Shown here: one piece after another, positions 21,205 to 34,104 of the stretch
How positions within the stretch are numbered: position 1 is the first letter of the stretch
How the letters are laid out: each line of letters begins with the position of its first letter
Assembly: GCA_020441905.1 (NCBI GenBank)
Contig: JAGRLG010000024.1
Span: forward strand, 17,308-81,307
DNA from: Rhodobiaceae bacterium
Lineage (GTDB): Bacteria; Pseudomonadota; Alphaproteobacteria; Rhizobiales; NORP267
DNA: 64,000 nucleotides
Direction: 5' to 3'
The notes under the pieces: generated by a model
What the model was told of the DNA's origin: nothing
Database searches by the model: none
What the model saw: the letters and a program-made list of their open reading frames with translations, nothing else
Program-made: the position numbers and the translations under genes

Positions 21205-21921
21205 ATGAGGGCAGAACACCAACAGCGCCAGAGCGGCGGCGGAGCGGGCGGGCTGTTTTGCCGCGCCGCGCGCCATCCGATCATTGCCGGCACCGTCTGT
21301 CTGGCGCTGGTATCGGTGTTCTTTCTGCTCTTTCCCCGCCTCGACCTCGCCGCCAGCCGCCTTTTCTATGTCGGCGACGGCGTCTTCCCCGCCGACGGCA
21401 ACGGCGCCCTGCGCCAGCTTCGCGACCTCGGCCGCCTCGTCACCTGGGTCGCCGGCATCGGCTCGGCGCTGGCGCTGATCTATCTCGCCGCCACCAGGCG
21501 CAACCTCGACGCCCTGCGCAAGCCGGCCTTCCTGCTGCTCACCTTAGGCCTGGGTCCGGGGCTTCTGGTTTCGGCCATGAAGGCGCTGTTCGGCCGCGCG
21601 CGGCCCAAGAACACGCTGCCCTTCGGCGGCGATTCGCCCTTCTCCCCGCCCTGGGAGATCGTCGAGCATTGCGTCCGCACCTGCTCCTTCATCTCCGGCG
21701 AGGCGGCGGCCTCGTTCTGGCTCATCGCTTTTGCCTTCGTCACCCCGCCGCGCTGGCGGCGCCAGGTCGCCGCCGGCGCCCTCGCCTTCGCCTTCGTCAT
21801 TTCCCTCAACCGCATTGCCTTCGGCGCCCATTTCCTCTCCGATGTCGTCATCGCCTGGATCCTGACCCTGCTGGTCATTCTCGCCCTGCGCGTTGTCATG
21901 CTGGAGCCGGGACGGCGTTGA
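21205..21921 (+). CDS. PAP2-family membrane phosphatase, paralog 2
   Basis: [17 protein letters not shown] and [11 protein letters not shown], with the same architecture as the upstream paralog. Confidence 0.75.
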   Translation: MRAEHQQRQSGGGAGGLFCRAARHPIIAGTVCLALVSVFFLLFPRLDLAASRLFYVGDGVFPADGNGALRQLRDLGRLVTWVAGIGSALALIYLAATRRNLDALRKPAFLLLTLGLGPGLLVSAMKALFGRARPKNTLPFGGDSPFSPPWEIVEHCVRTCSFISGEAAASFWLIAFAFVTPPRWRRQVAAGALAFAFVISLNRIAFGAHFLSDVVIAWILTLLVILALRVVMLEPGRR

Positions 21922-22042
21922 GCGCGGCGGAGCGGTCAGGAGCGCATGCCGGCCCTTGCGCACCGCCCCATTCCGGTTAAAAAGGCGCGACACGCCCGCC
22001 CCCTCAAGCGCATCCCGCGTCCCTCTAACGGAGAAACAGGCC

Positions 22043-23263
<1,221 letters not shown>

Positions 23264-23334
23264 AGCATGTTCCGGCCGGATTAAGACAATCCGGTCGACG
23301 ATAATAGGCGTCTGAACAATAAGTTAGCGCGCTA

Positions 23335-23781
23335 TTACCCGCGCTCGAGATTGGCGATCGCCCGCGTCAGCAGGTCGTCGAGCAAGGCGATCTCGTTGCC
23401 CGACATCCCGGCATGGGCAATGGCATTGACCTGGCGCCACATCGTGGCGCTCTCGGCCCATTTCTCCTGGCCCAGCCTTGTCAGCGCCACCAGCACCTCG
23501 CGCCTGCTGTCCGGATTAGTGCGCCGCGTCACCAATCCTTCGCGTTCCATTTCGCCAAGGATCAGCGAAACCGCCGCCGTTGTGCGGTCGACCTGGGCCG
23601 CAAGCTCAACCTGTGTCTTCTCGCCGCCCTGGCTCAGCGACAGCAGAATTGGCCAGTAGGCGAGCTTGATGCCAAAGCGGTTGAGATAGCGCTGCGCCGC
23701 GCCTTGCGCCCGCGAGGCCGCCATGGTGGCAAGTCGCCCAAAGGCTTGGCGCGCCGGATCAGTCTCTTCATGTCCCGTCAT
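23335..23781 (-). CDS. MarR-family transcriptional regulator
   Basis: Winged-helix core LSLSQGGEKTQVELAAQVDRTTAAVSLILGEMEREGLVTRRTNPDSRR. Divergent from the cytochrome b561 gene. Confidence 0.8.
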   Translation of the reverse strand: MTGHEETDPARQAFGRLATMAASRAQGAAQRYLNRFGIKLAYWPILLSLSQGGEKTQVELAAQVDRTTAAVSLILGEMEREGLVTRRTNPDSRREVLVALTRLGQEKWAESATMWRQVNAIAHAGMSGNEIALLDDLLTRAIANLERG

Positions 23782-23804
23782 GCAGACTGTTTAGCACTTG
23801 ACAG

Positions 23805-23830
23805 TTAATAATCAATCGGCAAATTATTAA
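23805..23830. promoter_or_regulatory. Candidate MarR operator overlapping a TTGACA-type promoter
   Basis: Inverted repeat TTAATAAT (23805-23812) N10 ATTATTAA (23823-23830) lies just downstream of TTGACA (23798-23803). Direct AGCACTT repeats flank it. It sits in the marR/cytochrome b561 divergent spacer. Confidence 0.4.
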
Positions 23831-23865
23831 GCACTTAATGATTGCTAACCTGCAAGGAGACTGAA

Positions 23866-24399
23866 ATGGTCCGGACCTACCGCCCCGCTACCATCTGGTT
23901 GCACTGGATCGCCGCGGCGCTGATAGTGGCCCTGGCCGCCACCGGCAAGATCATGACCGGACTCGATATCTCGCCGCTGAAGGCCGCTATCTACCGCGCC
24001 CATGGCTTTACCGGTGTCGCCGTTCTGTTCTTGACCCTGCTGCGCATCGCCATCGTCCTCGGAGTTGGGCATGACGCCGCCGATCCGCGCTGGCCGGCAT
24101 GGATGAATGCCGCCAGCCGGCTGGCTCATTACGGGCTATATGCGCTGCTGCTGGCGCTGTCCGGATCAGGCATCGCCACCATGGCCCTCTCCGGTCTCGG
24201 CGACGTGCTCTTGCGCGGTGCGCTGGGCCAATGGCCGGATCTGCAAGCCGTCGCGCCGGCAAACGCCCATCACCTCCTCGCCAACATCTTTCTGGCCCTG
24301 CTGGCGCTTCATGTCGCCGCCGCGCTCTACCACCAATACTGGCGCCGCGACGCTGTATTTGCCCGCATTTGGCCTTCCCGCGGCGGTCCTCGCACTTGA
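23866..24399 (+). CDS. Cytochrome b561 family protein
   Basis: Start ATG 23866 after AAGGAGA. WLHWIAAAL..., four TM helices and conserved His residues (HYGLY, HHLLANIFLALLALHVAAAL). Confidence 0.8.
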   Translation: MVRTYRPATIWLHWIAAALIVALAATGKIMTGLDISPLKAAIYRAHGFTGVAVLFLTLLRIAIVLGVGHDAADPRWPAWMNAASRLAHYGLYALLLALSGSGIATMALSGLGDVLLRGALGQWPDLQAVAPANAHHLLANIFLALLALHVAAALYHQYWRRDAVFARIWPSRGGPRT

Positions 24400-24666
24400 A
24401 GCCGCTTTAGCGGCCCGCGCCTGCCGTCCTGGCGAAGAACGCTCCACGCCCGCGCCTAGCTGCCAGTGCCGCCCGAAAAACCGCCGCGCCGCGGCGGGCT
24501 GCCAGCGACCGTTTGTCGCAATTGCAAATCATTCGCAGAAACTTCTGGCTTTTGGCAATTCACGCGATTATGTTGCCTCCGGCCGCCGGGGGTCCGGGGG
24601 TCGAATTTGATCGCGAATTGAAAAATTGCAGCGATCGGTCCTTGAAACCGATATGAGGCAAATATC

Positions 24667-25215
24667 ATGATACGAAACGCAACTGCGGCGTTATTGGCTG
24701 TCGCCGCGTCGATTTTCATTCTCTCCACATCCTCCGGCCATGCCATCGAATACCCGATCGGCGAGCCGGTAAATGGCGGCGGCCTTGAAGTCGCCGCGGT
24801 CTATCTTCAGCCCATCGAGATGGATCCTCCGGGCATGATGCGCGCCGCCGCCGAGTCCGATGTCCATCTGGAAGCCGACATCCACGCCCTCGCCGACAAC
24901 AAGCACGGCTTTGCCGAGGGCGAATGGGTGCCCTATCTCGCCATCACCTTCGAACTGACAAAGGACGGCGGCGAAACCGTAAAGGGCGATTTGATGCCCA
25001 TGGTGGCCAGCGACGGCCCCCATTACGGCGACAACATCAAGCTGATGGGGCCGGGTAAGTACAAGCTCAAGTTCAATATTTCGGCGCCAGGTTCCGGCAA
25101 GGCCCATTTCGGCCGCCACACCGACAAGGAAACCGGGGTTGCGCCCTGGTTCGAGCCTTTCACCACCGAATATGAATTCGTTTATGCCGGCATCGGCAAG
25201 AAGGGTTCGTACTAA
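24667..25215 (+). CDS. ftrA: Periplasmic P19-type iron-binding protein of the FtrABCD system
   Basis: Signal peptide followed by IEYPIGEP...LEVAAVYLQPIEMDP...HLEADIHA...MPMVASDGPHYGDN, the P19/Tpd-like pattern. It is followed by ftrB, ftrC and ftrD. Confidence 0.8.
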   Translation: MIRNATAALLAVAASIFILSTSSGHAIEYPIGEPVNGGGLEVAAVYLQPIEMDPPGMMRAAAESDVHLEADIHALADNKHGFAEGEWVPYLAITFELTKDGGETVKGDLMPMVASDGPHYGDNIKLMGPGKYKLKFNISAPGSGKAHFGRHTDKETGVAPWFEPFTTEYEFVYAGIGKKGSY

Positions 25216-25299
25216 CAGAAAAGCCGGCGGTACGCGCCACCGCGCCGCCGCCGGCCGAAATGCTTGCAAGATTGGGTTCAAGCCGGATAAGCCGCAGCC

Positions 25300-25701
25300 A
25301 TGAAACCTACAGCGACCACTATCTACAGGGATTCTGCCCCTCGGCGCCGGACGTTTCGTCCGGCTTTGGCGGTTCTTGCCGCTTCTTCGTTCTGGATTTC
25401 AGCGATCTTCGCGCCGAAAATGGCCGCGAGCGAAGAAACCCCGACCTTCACCCTGGAAATGAAGGACGGCGTGCTCACCCCCGACCGCATCGAGATCCCG
25501 GCCGATACCACGGTAAAGATCATCATCCGCAATACCGGCACCACCCCGGCGGAGTTTGAAAGTTTGCGCTTGCGCAAGGAAAAGGTGCTCGGCCCCGGCG
25601 TAGAGTCCTTCATCGTCATCCGCCGTCTGTCGCCGGGCGAATATCCGTTTTTCGACGAATTTCACATGGAGACCGGCCAGGGTGTGATCATCGCGCGCTA
25701 G
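25300..25701 (+). CDS. ftrB: Cupredoxin-like periplasmic protein
   Basis: RRRTF signal-like N-terminus. Small beta-sandwich TFTLEMKDGVLTPDRIEIPADTTVKIIIRNTG...PGEYPFFDEFH. Its position lies between the P19 and FTR1 genes. Confidence 0.7.
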   Translation: MKPTATTIYRDSAPRRRTFRPALAVLAASSFWISAIFAPKMAASEETPTFTLEMKDGVLTPDRIEIPADTTVKIIIRNTGTTPAEFESLRLRKEKVLGPGVESFIVIRRLSPGEYPFFDEFHMETGQGVIIAR

Positions 25702-25716
25702 GCCGGAAAAGCTGTC

Positions 25717-26553
25717 ATGCTGGCACAGATCACCCTTATCGTCTGGCGCGAAAGCGTCGAAGCCCTGCTTGTGGTGGGAATTCTCCATGCCTGGCTGGCC
25801 CATAACGGCGCCAGGACGGGGTTGCGCTTCCTGTGGGGCGGCGTTGCCGCCGGCATTCTCGCTGCGGTTGCCCTATCGGTCCTGCTGGTCAGGTTTGCCG
25901 CCAGCCTGCCGCCGGAAGGACAGGAATATTTCCAGGCCTTCCTCATTTTCTTTGCCTGCATACTGATCGTGCAGATGGTGCTGTGGATGCGCCGCCATGG
26001 CCGGCGCATGAAACAGGATCTGGAATCCGGCCTTGCCAGCTCGGCGCAGTCCGGGCGCTGGTGGGGCGTCTTTGCCATCGCCGCGCTTGCCATCGCCCGC
26101 GAGGGCAGCGAAGCCGTGATCTTCCTCCAGGGCATGATCGCCGCCGCCGGCGCCGGCGGTTTTCTCGACATTGCCGGGGGAACGGCACTCGCCCTCGCCG
26201 CCGCCGCCGCCACCTATGGCCTGTTGCAGTTTGGCGGCCGCTTCCTGTCCTGGCCGCTTTTTTTCCTCATCACCGAAGCCATGCTGCTGTGCCTGGCCTG
26301 CGCGCTGCTGGTCACCGGTATCGGCTACCTCGTTTCCTTTGGCTATCTGCCCTATACAGACCCGGTCTGGGATAGTTCGGCTGTTCTCGACGATGCCGCG
26401 CGCTTTGGCGGGTTCGTCGCCGCCCTGACCGGCTACCGCGCCCAGCCCGATATCGTCACCATTGCCACCTGGCTGGTCTATTGGAGCGCCATCGCCGCGC
26501 TGTTGCGCATTCAGGCGCGCCCCCGCCGCCAGGGAGAACTGGCCGCCTCATGA
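25717..26553 (+). CDS. ftrC: FTR1-family high-affinity iron permease
   Basis: Two REXXE motifs (RESVE, REGSE) within a multi-TM protein. Confidence 0.85.
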   Translation: MLAQITLIVWRESVEALLVVGILHAWLAHNGARTGLRFLWGGVAAGILAAVALSVLLVRFAASLPPEGQEYFQAFLIFFACILIVQMVLWMRRHGRRMKQDLESGLASSAQSGRWWGVFAIAALAIAREGSEAVIFLQGMIAAAGAGGFLDIAGGTALALAAAAATYGLLQFGGRFLSWPLFFLITEAMLLCLACALLVTGIGYLVSFGYLPYTDPVWDSSAVLDDAARFGGFVAALTGYRAQPDIVTIATWLVYWSAIAALLRIQARPRRQGELAAS

Positions 26554-27956
26554 CCTCGTATCAGCCAGCCACCTCGTTTCGCGCCGCCGATCCGCCCCTG
26601 ATGGCGAGGATCGGCGACTGGCTGCGCCGCCATCAGCGCGCCATCCGCTGGACCCAGTGGGCGGTGATCCTAGTCTATGCCACGCTTCTCATCGCCCCGA
26701 CCCTTGTCTCCCTGCCGGGACGCGCCGCCCACATCTGGGACAATGTCACGCTCTTCGCCCAGTTCGTGTTCTGGGGCATCTGGTGGCCCGGCGTCCTGAT
26801 CTCCATGCTGCTGTTCGGGCGGCTTTGGTGCGGGGTATTGTGCCCGGAAGGATCCTTGTCGGAACTGGCGAGCCGCCACGGCCGCGGCGGCGCCATTCCG
26901 CGCTGGGTGCGCTGGCCGGGCTGGCCCTTCACCGCCTTCATCCTCACCACCGTCTATGGCCAGATGGTCTCCGTCTATCAATACCCCAAGCCGGCATTGC
27001 TGATTCTCGGCGGCTCGACCGTGGCCGCGATCGCCATCGGTTATCTCTATGGCCGCGACCGGCGCGTCTGGTGCCGTTATCTGTGCCCGGTCACCGGCGT
27101 CTTCGGCCTCCTCGCCAAGCTGGCGCCGATGCATTTTCGCGTCGACCGCAATGCCTGGGACAGCTGCCCGCCGAAACTCGGCCGCACCGCAACGGTGACC
27201 TGCGCGCCGATGTTGCCGCTGCACAATATGGACAGCGCCTCCGCCTGCCACATGTGCGGGCGCTGCGCCGGCTATCGCGACGCCATCGAGCTGACCGCCC
27301 GCGCGCCCGGCTCCGAGGTCGTCGAGGTTTCGGGCCGTAGCGCCAATGGCTGGGAAAGCGCCCTCATCATCGTCGGCCTGATGGGCATCGCCATCGGCGC
27401 CTTCCACTGGGCGTCCTCGCCCTGGTTCGTCATCGCCAAGCAATGGGCCGCGACCTGGCTCGTCACCCACGACATGATCTGGCCGCTGTCGACCAGCCTG
27501 CCGTGGTGGCTGCTGACCAATTACGCCGCCAATAACGACGTCCTCAATCTGCTCGACGGCGCGCTCCTGCTCGCCTATATCGCCGCCACCGCCGCCGCCA
27601 TGTCCCTCGCCCTAGGCTTGCCCCTGGCCGCCGCCGCCCGCGTGCTCGGACCATGGAACTGGCAGCGCTTCCACCATCTCGCCCAGGCCCTGCTGCCGCT
27701 CGCCGCCTGCGGCGTCATTCTCGGCCTTTCGGCGCAGACGGTGACATTGCTGCGCGCCGACGGCTTCGACCTTGGCTGGATCGGCGCCGCGCGTGTGACC
27801 GCCCTCGCTTTTGCCAGTGCCTGGAGCCTGTATCTGGGCTGGCGCATCGCCGGCAAATATGCCGGAAACGCCGCCCGCCTCGCCGCCACCGGCGCCGTGG
27901 CCCTGGCCGCGGCGGCGCCGGTGCTGGCCTGGTCGCTGCTGTTCTGGATCTGGTAG
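26550..27956 (+). CDS. ftrD: Membrane polyferredoxin-like protein
   Basis: ATG 26550 overlaps the ftrC stop (ATGA). TM helices plus Cys clusters LWCGVLCPEG, WCRYLCPV and CHMCGRC. Confidence 0.7.
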   Translation: MTSYQPATSFRAADPPLMARIGDWLRRHQRAIRWTQWAVILVYATLLIAPTLVSLPGRAAHIWDNVTLFAQFVFWGIWWPGVLISMLLFGRLWCGVLCPEGSLSELASRHGRGGAIPRWVRWPGWPFTAFILTTVYGQMVSVYQYPKPALLILGGSTVAAIAIGYLYGRDRRVWCRYLCPVTGVFGLLAKLAPMHFRVDRNAWDSCPPKLGRTATVTCAPMLPLHNMDSASACHMCGRCAGYRDAIELTARAPGSEVVEVSGRSANGWESALIIVGLMGIAIGAFHWASSPWFVIAKQWAATWLVTHDMIWPLSTSLPWWLLTNYAANNDVLNLLDGALLLAYIAATAAAMSLALGLPLAAAARVLGPWNWQRFHHLAQALLPLAACGVILGLSAQTVTLLRADGFDLGWIGAARVTALAFASAWSLYLGWRIAGKYAGNAARLAATGAVALAAAAPVLAWSLLFWIW

Positions 27957-28077
27957 CGCCGCTTCAACGGCTGGGCCAGGGCGTTCGCAAGCAATCATTG
28001 CGCTTTGCCCGGTTCGGCATATATTGCGCCGCAATATGCCAGTGCGCGCCATGACGGCAGCGCGGAGAACATCTTCC

Positions 28078-29898
<1,821 letters not shown>

Positions 29899-29980
29899 GG
29901 CTATTGCCGCACGAAATCCCATTTTGTGCGCCTGTTGAGCGCTTATTAACGTCCGTGATGTAACCATTGCCAGCTAGGCT

Positions 29981-32105
29981 ATGGAAAAGCACATGTGGTC
30001 TCGGGCGATAAAGGGCGACTACTTGCTCCTCGCGAGCTTGATTGCGCTTGGATTCTTGACGATTTTCAGCGCCGTCGCGATCACCCGGTCGATCTCGCGC
30101 AGCGCCCTGACCAGCGATGCCCGCCAGCTCGCCATCCATTGGGCCGAACATATCACCGCCCACGCCCAGGGCCGGACCGGCGCCGCGGACCTCCACCAAT
30201 CAGAACATGTCCCCGAGGACGGCGCGGAGCGGCGCGCGGGCGACCCCGCCACCACCCTGCGCGGCGCGCTAATGCCTGGGCTCGCCGAGTTTGCCTGGCT
30301 GGAAAAGGCAGCGCCCCAGGCGCAGATGAGAGCATTGCTTGGCAGCGAGGATCCGCGAAGCTTCCATTCCGGCCGGCATGTCGGGGTCATCCATGGCTAT
30401 GCGATTTTTGACCCTAGAATGGCACTGATCGGAAGCGACGGAATTTTCGCCCATCGGGATTTCGATCGGCTGGCCGCGACACCGGCTTTTTCCAAGGCGT
30501 TTTCCACCGCCGTGGAAAGCGGCAAGACCCTGATCGCAAATGCAGCCCTTAGCGATCCCGGCCAGCCCGCGCATATCCTTCGCGCATTTGTGCCGATCAC
30601 CCTCGACGGCGCCCTTGCCGCCGTCATGGTCGTCGATCTGGACCAGTCGGCTTCGGTGACCCTTCTTGGCAATGCCTTCAACGTTGTCGTTCTGAGTAAT
30701 GGCGGCACTGATGGTTATCGGCATTGCCGTGCCGGTCTTCGCCGTGTGGCGCCGCATCCGCCGCCAGCTGGAATTGCAGAGCCAGGTCGATTTCATAACC
30801 CTGCACGACCCCCTGACCAGCCTGCCCAACCGGATGCAGTTCACCAGATATCTCAAGACCGCACTCGACAATGCGGGCCGCAACCATTCCTCCGTGGCCC
30901 TGATCTGTGCCGATATCGACCGATTCCGCGAGATCAACGATACCCGTGGCCACCCCGCCGGCGATGCCCTGCTGGTGGCGGTCGCCGCGCGCTTCCGCGA
31001 GGCGACGATCGCCTGCGACGCCATCGCCGCGCGCCTTGGCGGCGATGAATTCGCCATTGCGGTCCAGGGTGAAAATGCCCGCGAAAGCGCCCTCATGCTG
31101 GCCCGCATCCTGCGCGATACCATAGCCGATGCCGATGTCCGCTCGCACCGCAAGATGGCCACCACCATCAGCATCGGCATGGCGGTCGGCCCCGGCGACG
31201 GCGCCGAGGCGCTGGTGCTGCTCAAACATGCCGACATGGCGCTCAGCCGGGCCAAGGCAGCCGGTCCCGGCTCGACCCGCCTCTATGTGCCGTCGATGGA
31301 AACCGAAACCCAGAGCCGCTATGCCCTCGAGCGCGATCTGACGCAGGCTATCGAGGCCAACGAGCTGGAATTGCTTTACCAGCCGCAGATCAACCTGCTG
31401 AGCGGCCAGGTGACCGGCTATGAGGCGCTGCTGCGCTGGCAGCACTCGCGCCGCGGCCACGTTTCACCCGAAGAATTCATCGCCTGCGCCGAGGAAAGCG
31501 GCCTGATCGACCGCATCGGCACCTGGGTGCTGAGAACCGCCTGCCAGGCAGCCGCATCCTGGCCCGAACCGCTGACGATAGCCGTCAATATCTCGGCGGC
31601 CCAGTTCATGAAGGGCAATATCGTCGACACCGTCGAAACGGTGCTTCAGGAAACCGGACTTGATCCGGCGCGGCTCGAAATCGAGATCACCGAAAGCCTG
31701 CTGCTTCACAATATCGAAAAAGTGCAGAACGCCCTCGGCCGCCTCAACCGCATGGGCATATCGATCGCGCTGGACGATTTCGGCACCGGCTATTCCAGCC
31801 TGAGCTATCTCGCCCGCTTTGCTTTCCAGAAAATCAAGATCGACCGCTCCTTCGTCTGCGGCGTCAGCGCCACGCGCGAATCCATGGCGGTGATCAAGGC
31901 CATCGTCAGTCTCGGCCACGCCCTCGATGTCACGGTGATCGCCGAAGGGGTTGAGACAGAGGAACAGATGCGCGCCCTGCGCGCCGCCGGGTGCAGCCGG
32001 GTTCAGGGCTATCTCTACGGCAAACCGGCAAAGGACATTCTCGACCCCTGGGCCGCCACCGTCGCCATCGCGCGCGGCGAGCGGCGAATCAGCGGCGCCG
32101 CCTGA
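29981..32105 (+). pseudogene. Membrane sensor GGDEF-EAL (diguanylate cyclase/phosphodiesterase) gene, apparently disrupted by a +1 frameshift near 30693-30698
   Basis: Frame A (29981 onward) encodes TM1 plus a periplasmic sensor-like domain, ending ...LLGNAFNVVVLS and then P/R-rich nonsense. Frame B opens after TGA 30693-30695 and continues the same hydrophobic helix: VMAALMVIGIAVPVFAVWRR. It then carries GGDEF (RLGGDEFAI) and EAL (YEALLRW, DDFGTGYSSL) domains. Confidence 0.6.
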
Positions 32106-32199
32106 CGGGCCCTGCCGTTCGCCGGCAACGGGCAGCCGGCGCGCCGGTTCCGGCAACGCCCTCCTGTCGGTACAGGCGCATTCGCGCTAGACTGACGCC

Positions 32200-32709
32200 A
32201 TGGTTGCCGTCGACACCACCATTCGCGCCGCGAGCGCCGGAGACACCGAAGACCTTGCCCAGCTTTACCTCGAGGCTTGGCATGGCGCCTATCGCGGCAT
32301 CATAGCTCCCCTGGCTCTCGAACGCATGATGGCGCGGCGCGGCAACGCCTGGTGGCGCCGCGCCATTACCGCAAGGTCCGAAAATCTTCTCGTTATCAGC
32401 TTCGACGGCGTACTGGTCGGCTATGCCAGCCTCGGTCCGGCGCGCCGCCCCATTGGCGGGCTGCGCGGCGAGATCTATGAATTGTATCTGCGTCCGGTCT
32501 ATCAGGGCATTGGCTTTGGCACCCGCCTCTTCGAGGCCGCGCGCCGCCGGCTCGATGCCGCCGGCCTTGGCGGTCATCTGGTTTGGGCCCTGCGCGAAAA
32601 CGAGCAGGCCTGTGCCTTCTACCTTGCCAAAGGCGGAACGGTGGCAACCAGCGTCAATGAGAGGCTGGGCGGCCAGACCTTGCGCAAGATCGCCTTCACC
32701 TGGCGCTAG
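32200..32709 (+). CDS. GNAT-family N-acetyltransferase
   Basis: LYLRPVYQGIGFGTRLFEAARRRL acetyl-CoA-binding motif (Q/RxxGxG/A) and about 169 aa. Confidence 0.75.
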   Translation: MVAVDTTIRAASAGDTEDLAQLYLEAWHGAYRGIIAPLALERMMARRGNAWWRRAITARSENLLVISFDGVLVGYASLGPARRPIGGLRGEIYELYLRPVYQGIGFGTRLFEAARRRLDAAGLGGHLVWALRENEQACAFYLAKGGTVATSVNERLGGQTLRKIAFTWR

Positions 32710-32850
32710 TGCGCGCTGCCGTCGGGTTCAATCACCGGCAGGTCCAATCACCGGCAGGTGAAATTACTGACACCGGAAACATTGACCGGATTGAAATGGC
32801 ACGGGGGGCGGCCTGCGCCTTGTCCGCGCAAGGACCAACCCCACCCGTTT

Positions 32851-33738
32851 TCACGACAGGGTCGGCGCCGGCAGTCCGTTGGCGGCGCAGGCCGCCGTCA
32901 AGGTATTCGCCAGCAGCAGGGCAATGGTCATCGGCCCGACACCGCCGGGCACCGGCGTGATCGATCCGGCAACCTCCTTGGCCTCGTCGAAGGCAACATC
33001 GCCGATCAGCCGCGTCTTGCCATTGCCGGCGTCGATACGGTTGATGCCGACATCGATGACGCAGGCCCCCGGCTTGACCCAGTCGCCGCGAACGAGTTCG
33101 GCCCGCCCCACCGCCGCGACCAGGATATCGGCGCGCCGGCATACATCGGCCAGGTTCCTGGTGCGCGAATGGGCGATGGTCACCGTGCAGTTGTCGGCCA
33201 GCAGCAATTGGGCCAGCGGCTTGCCGACGATATTGGACCGTCCGACGATCACCGCTTCCTTGCCCGTCAGATCGCCCAGGGCGCGGCGCGCCAGAATGCG
33301 GCATCCCGCCGGCGTGCACGGCACAAGGCTGTCCTGCCCCGTCGACAGGCGTCCGACATTCTCAAGATGGAAGCCGTCAACATCCTTGGCCGGATTGATG
33401 GCGTTGATGACCAGATCCTCGTCGAGCTGGCCCGGCAGCGGCAGCTGCACCAGAATGCCGTGGACCGCAGGATCGTTGTTGAGCCTGTCGATCAGCGCCA
33501 GCAGCTCGTCCTGGCCGGTGCCGGCGTCGAGGACATGCTCGAAGGAGTTCATGCCGGCTTCCACGGTTTGCCGCTTCTTGTTGCGGACATAGACCTGGCT
33601 CGCCGGGTCCTCGCCGACCAGCACCACCGCAAGCCCTGGCGTCAGGCCATGTCCCGATTTCAGCGCGGCCACCTGCGCCGCCACCTTTTCGCGGATCTCC
33701 GCCGCCACTGCCTTGCCGTCGAGTATCTGTGCGCTCAT
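32851..33738 (-). CDS. folD: Bifunctional methylenetetrahydrofolate dehydrogenase/cyclohydrolase
   Basis: [17 protein letters not shown]...[21 protein letters not shown]...GRSNIVGKP...[11 protein letters not shown] is canonical FolD. Confidence 0.95.
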   Translation of the reverse strand: MSAQILDGKAVAAEIREKVAAQVAALKSGHGLTPGLAVVLVGEDPASQVYVRNKKRQTVEAGMNSFEHVLDAGTGQDELLALIDRLNNDPAVHGILVQLPLPGQLDEDLVINAINPAKDVDGFHLENVGRLSTGQDSLVPCTPAGCRILARRALGDLTGKEAVIVGRSNIVGKPLAQLLLADNCTVTIAHSRTRNLADVCRRADILVAAVGRAELVRGDWVKPGACVIDVGINRIDAGNGKTRLIGDVAFDEAKEVAGSITPVPGGVGPMTIALLLANTLTAACAANGLPAPTLS

Positions 33739-34088
33739 CGTGCCGTCTTCCTTGCTGCCTTTACAATTTCCGTTTCATGCTGGCCCAGCGCGCGCAGGCG
33801 TTCAATGACATCGCCCGCATCGCCGCCAAGACGCAGCGTCTTGATTCTCCCCTTGGCGCCGGCGGTCAGCGTCACCTCGCGCTTGGCCAGACCCAGGGCG
33901 CGCGCCAGCAACCTGACCAGGGCCTCGTTGGCCTTGCCGTCCTCGGGAACGGCGCGCACCCGCGCCGCCACCACCTCGCTGGCATCATCGAGCCGCTGCA
34001 CACCTTCCAGCGCGTCGCGCGAAGCATTCGGCGTCAGCCGCACCCGGACCAGGACCGCGTCTCCGGCAAGTTTCCAGGGTGGGGTCAT
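33735..34088 (-). CDS. DUF167 (YggU-like) protein
   Basis: [12 protein letters not shown]...[17 protein letters not shown]...V.L..G...R.K pattern. Its stop overlaps the folD start by 4 nt. Confidence 0.8.
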   Translation of the reverse strand: MTPPWKLAGDAVLVRVRLTPNASRDALEGVQRLDDASEVVAARVRAVPEDGKANEALVRLLARALGLAKREVTLTAGAKGRIKTLRLGGDAGDVIERLRALGQHETEIVKAARKTAR

Positions 34089-34104
34089 GACGGCGGGCGG
34101 CGGG

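Noticed and set aside
23276-23294. Hairpin CCGGATT-AAGAC-AATCCGG after argG as a terminator
   Set aside because: It is a 7-bp AT-containing stem with no following U-tract on either strand. That is too weak to call.
24537-24546. AGAAACTTCT upstream of ftrA as an Irr ICE-box-like iron operator
   Set aside because: The half-site spacing and flanks do not match the TTTAGAA-N3-TTCTAAA consensus as I remember it, and I cannot score it without a matrix.
30699-31048. C-terminal 116 codons of the first GGDEF-locus ORF, read as genuine protein
   Set aside because: It is Pro/Arg-rich nonsense overlapping the in-frame GGDEF domain in another frame. It is better explained by a frameshift.
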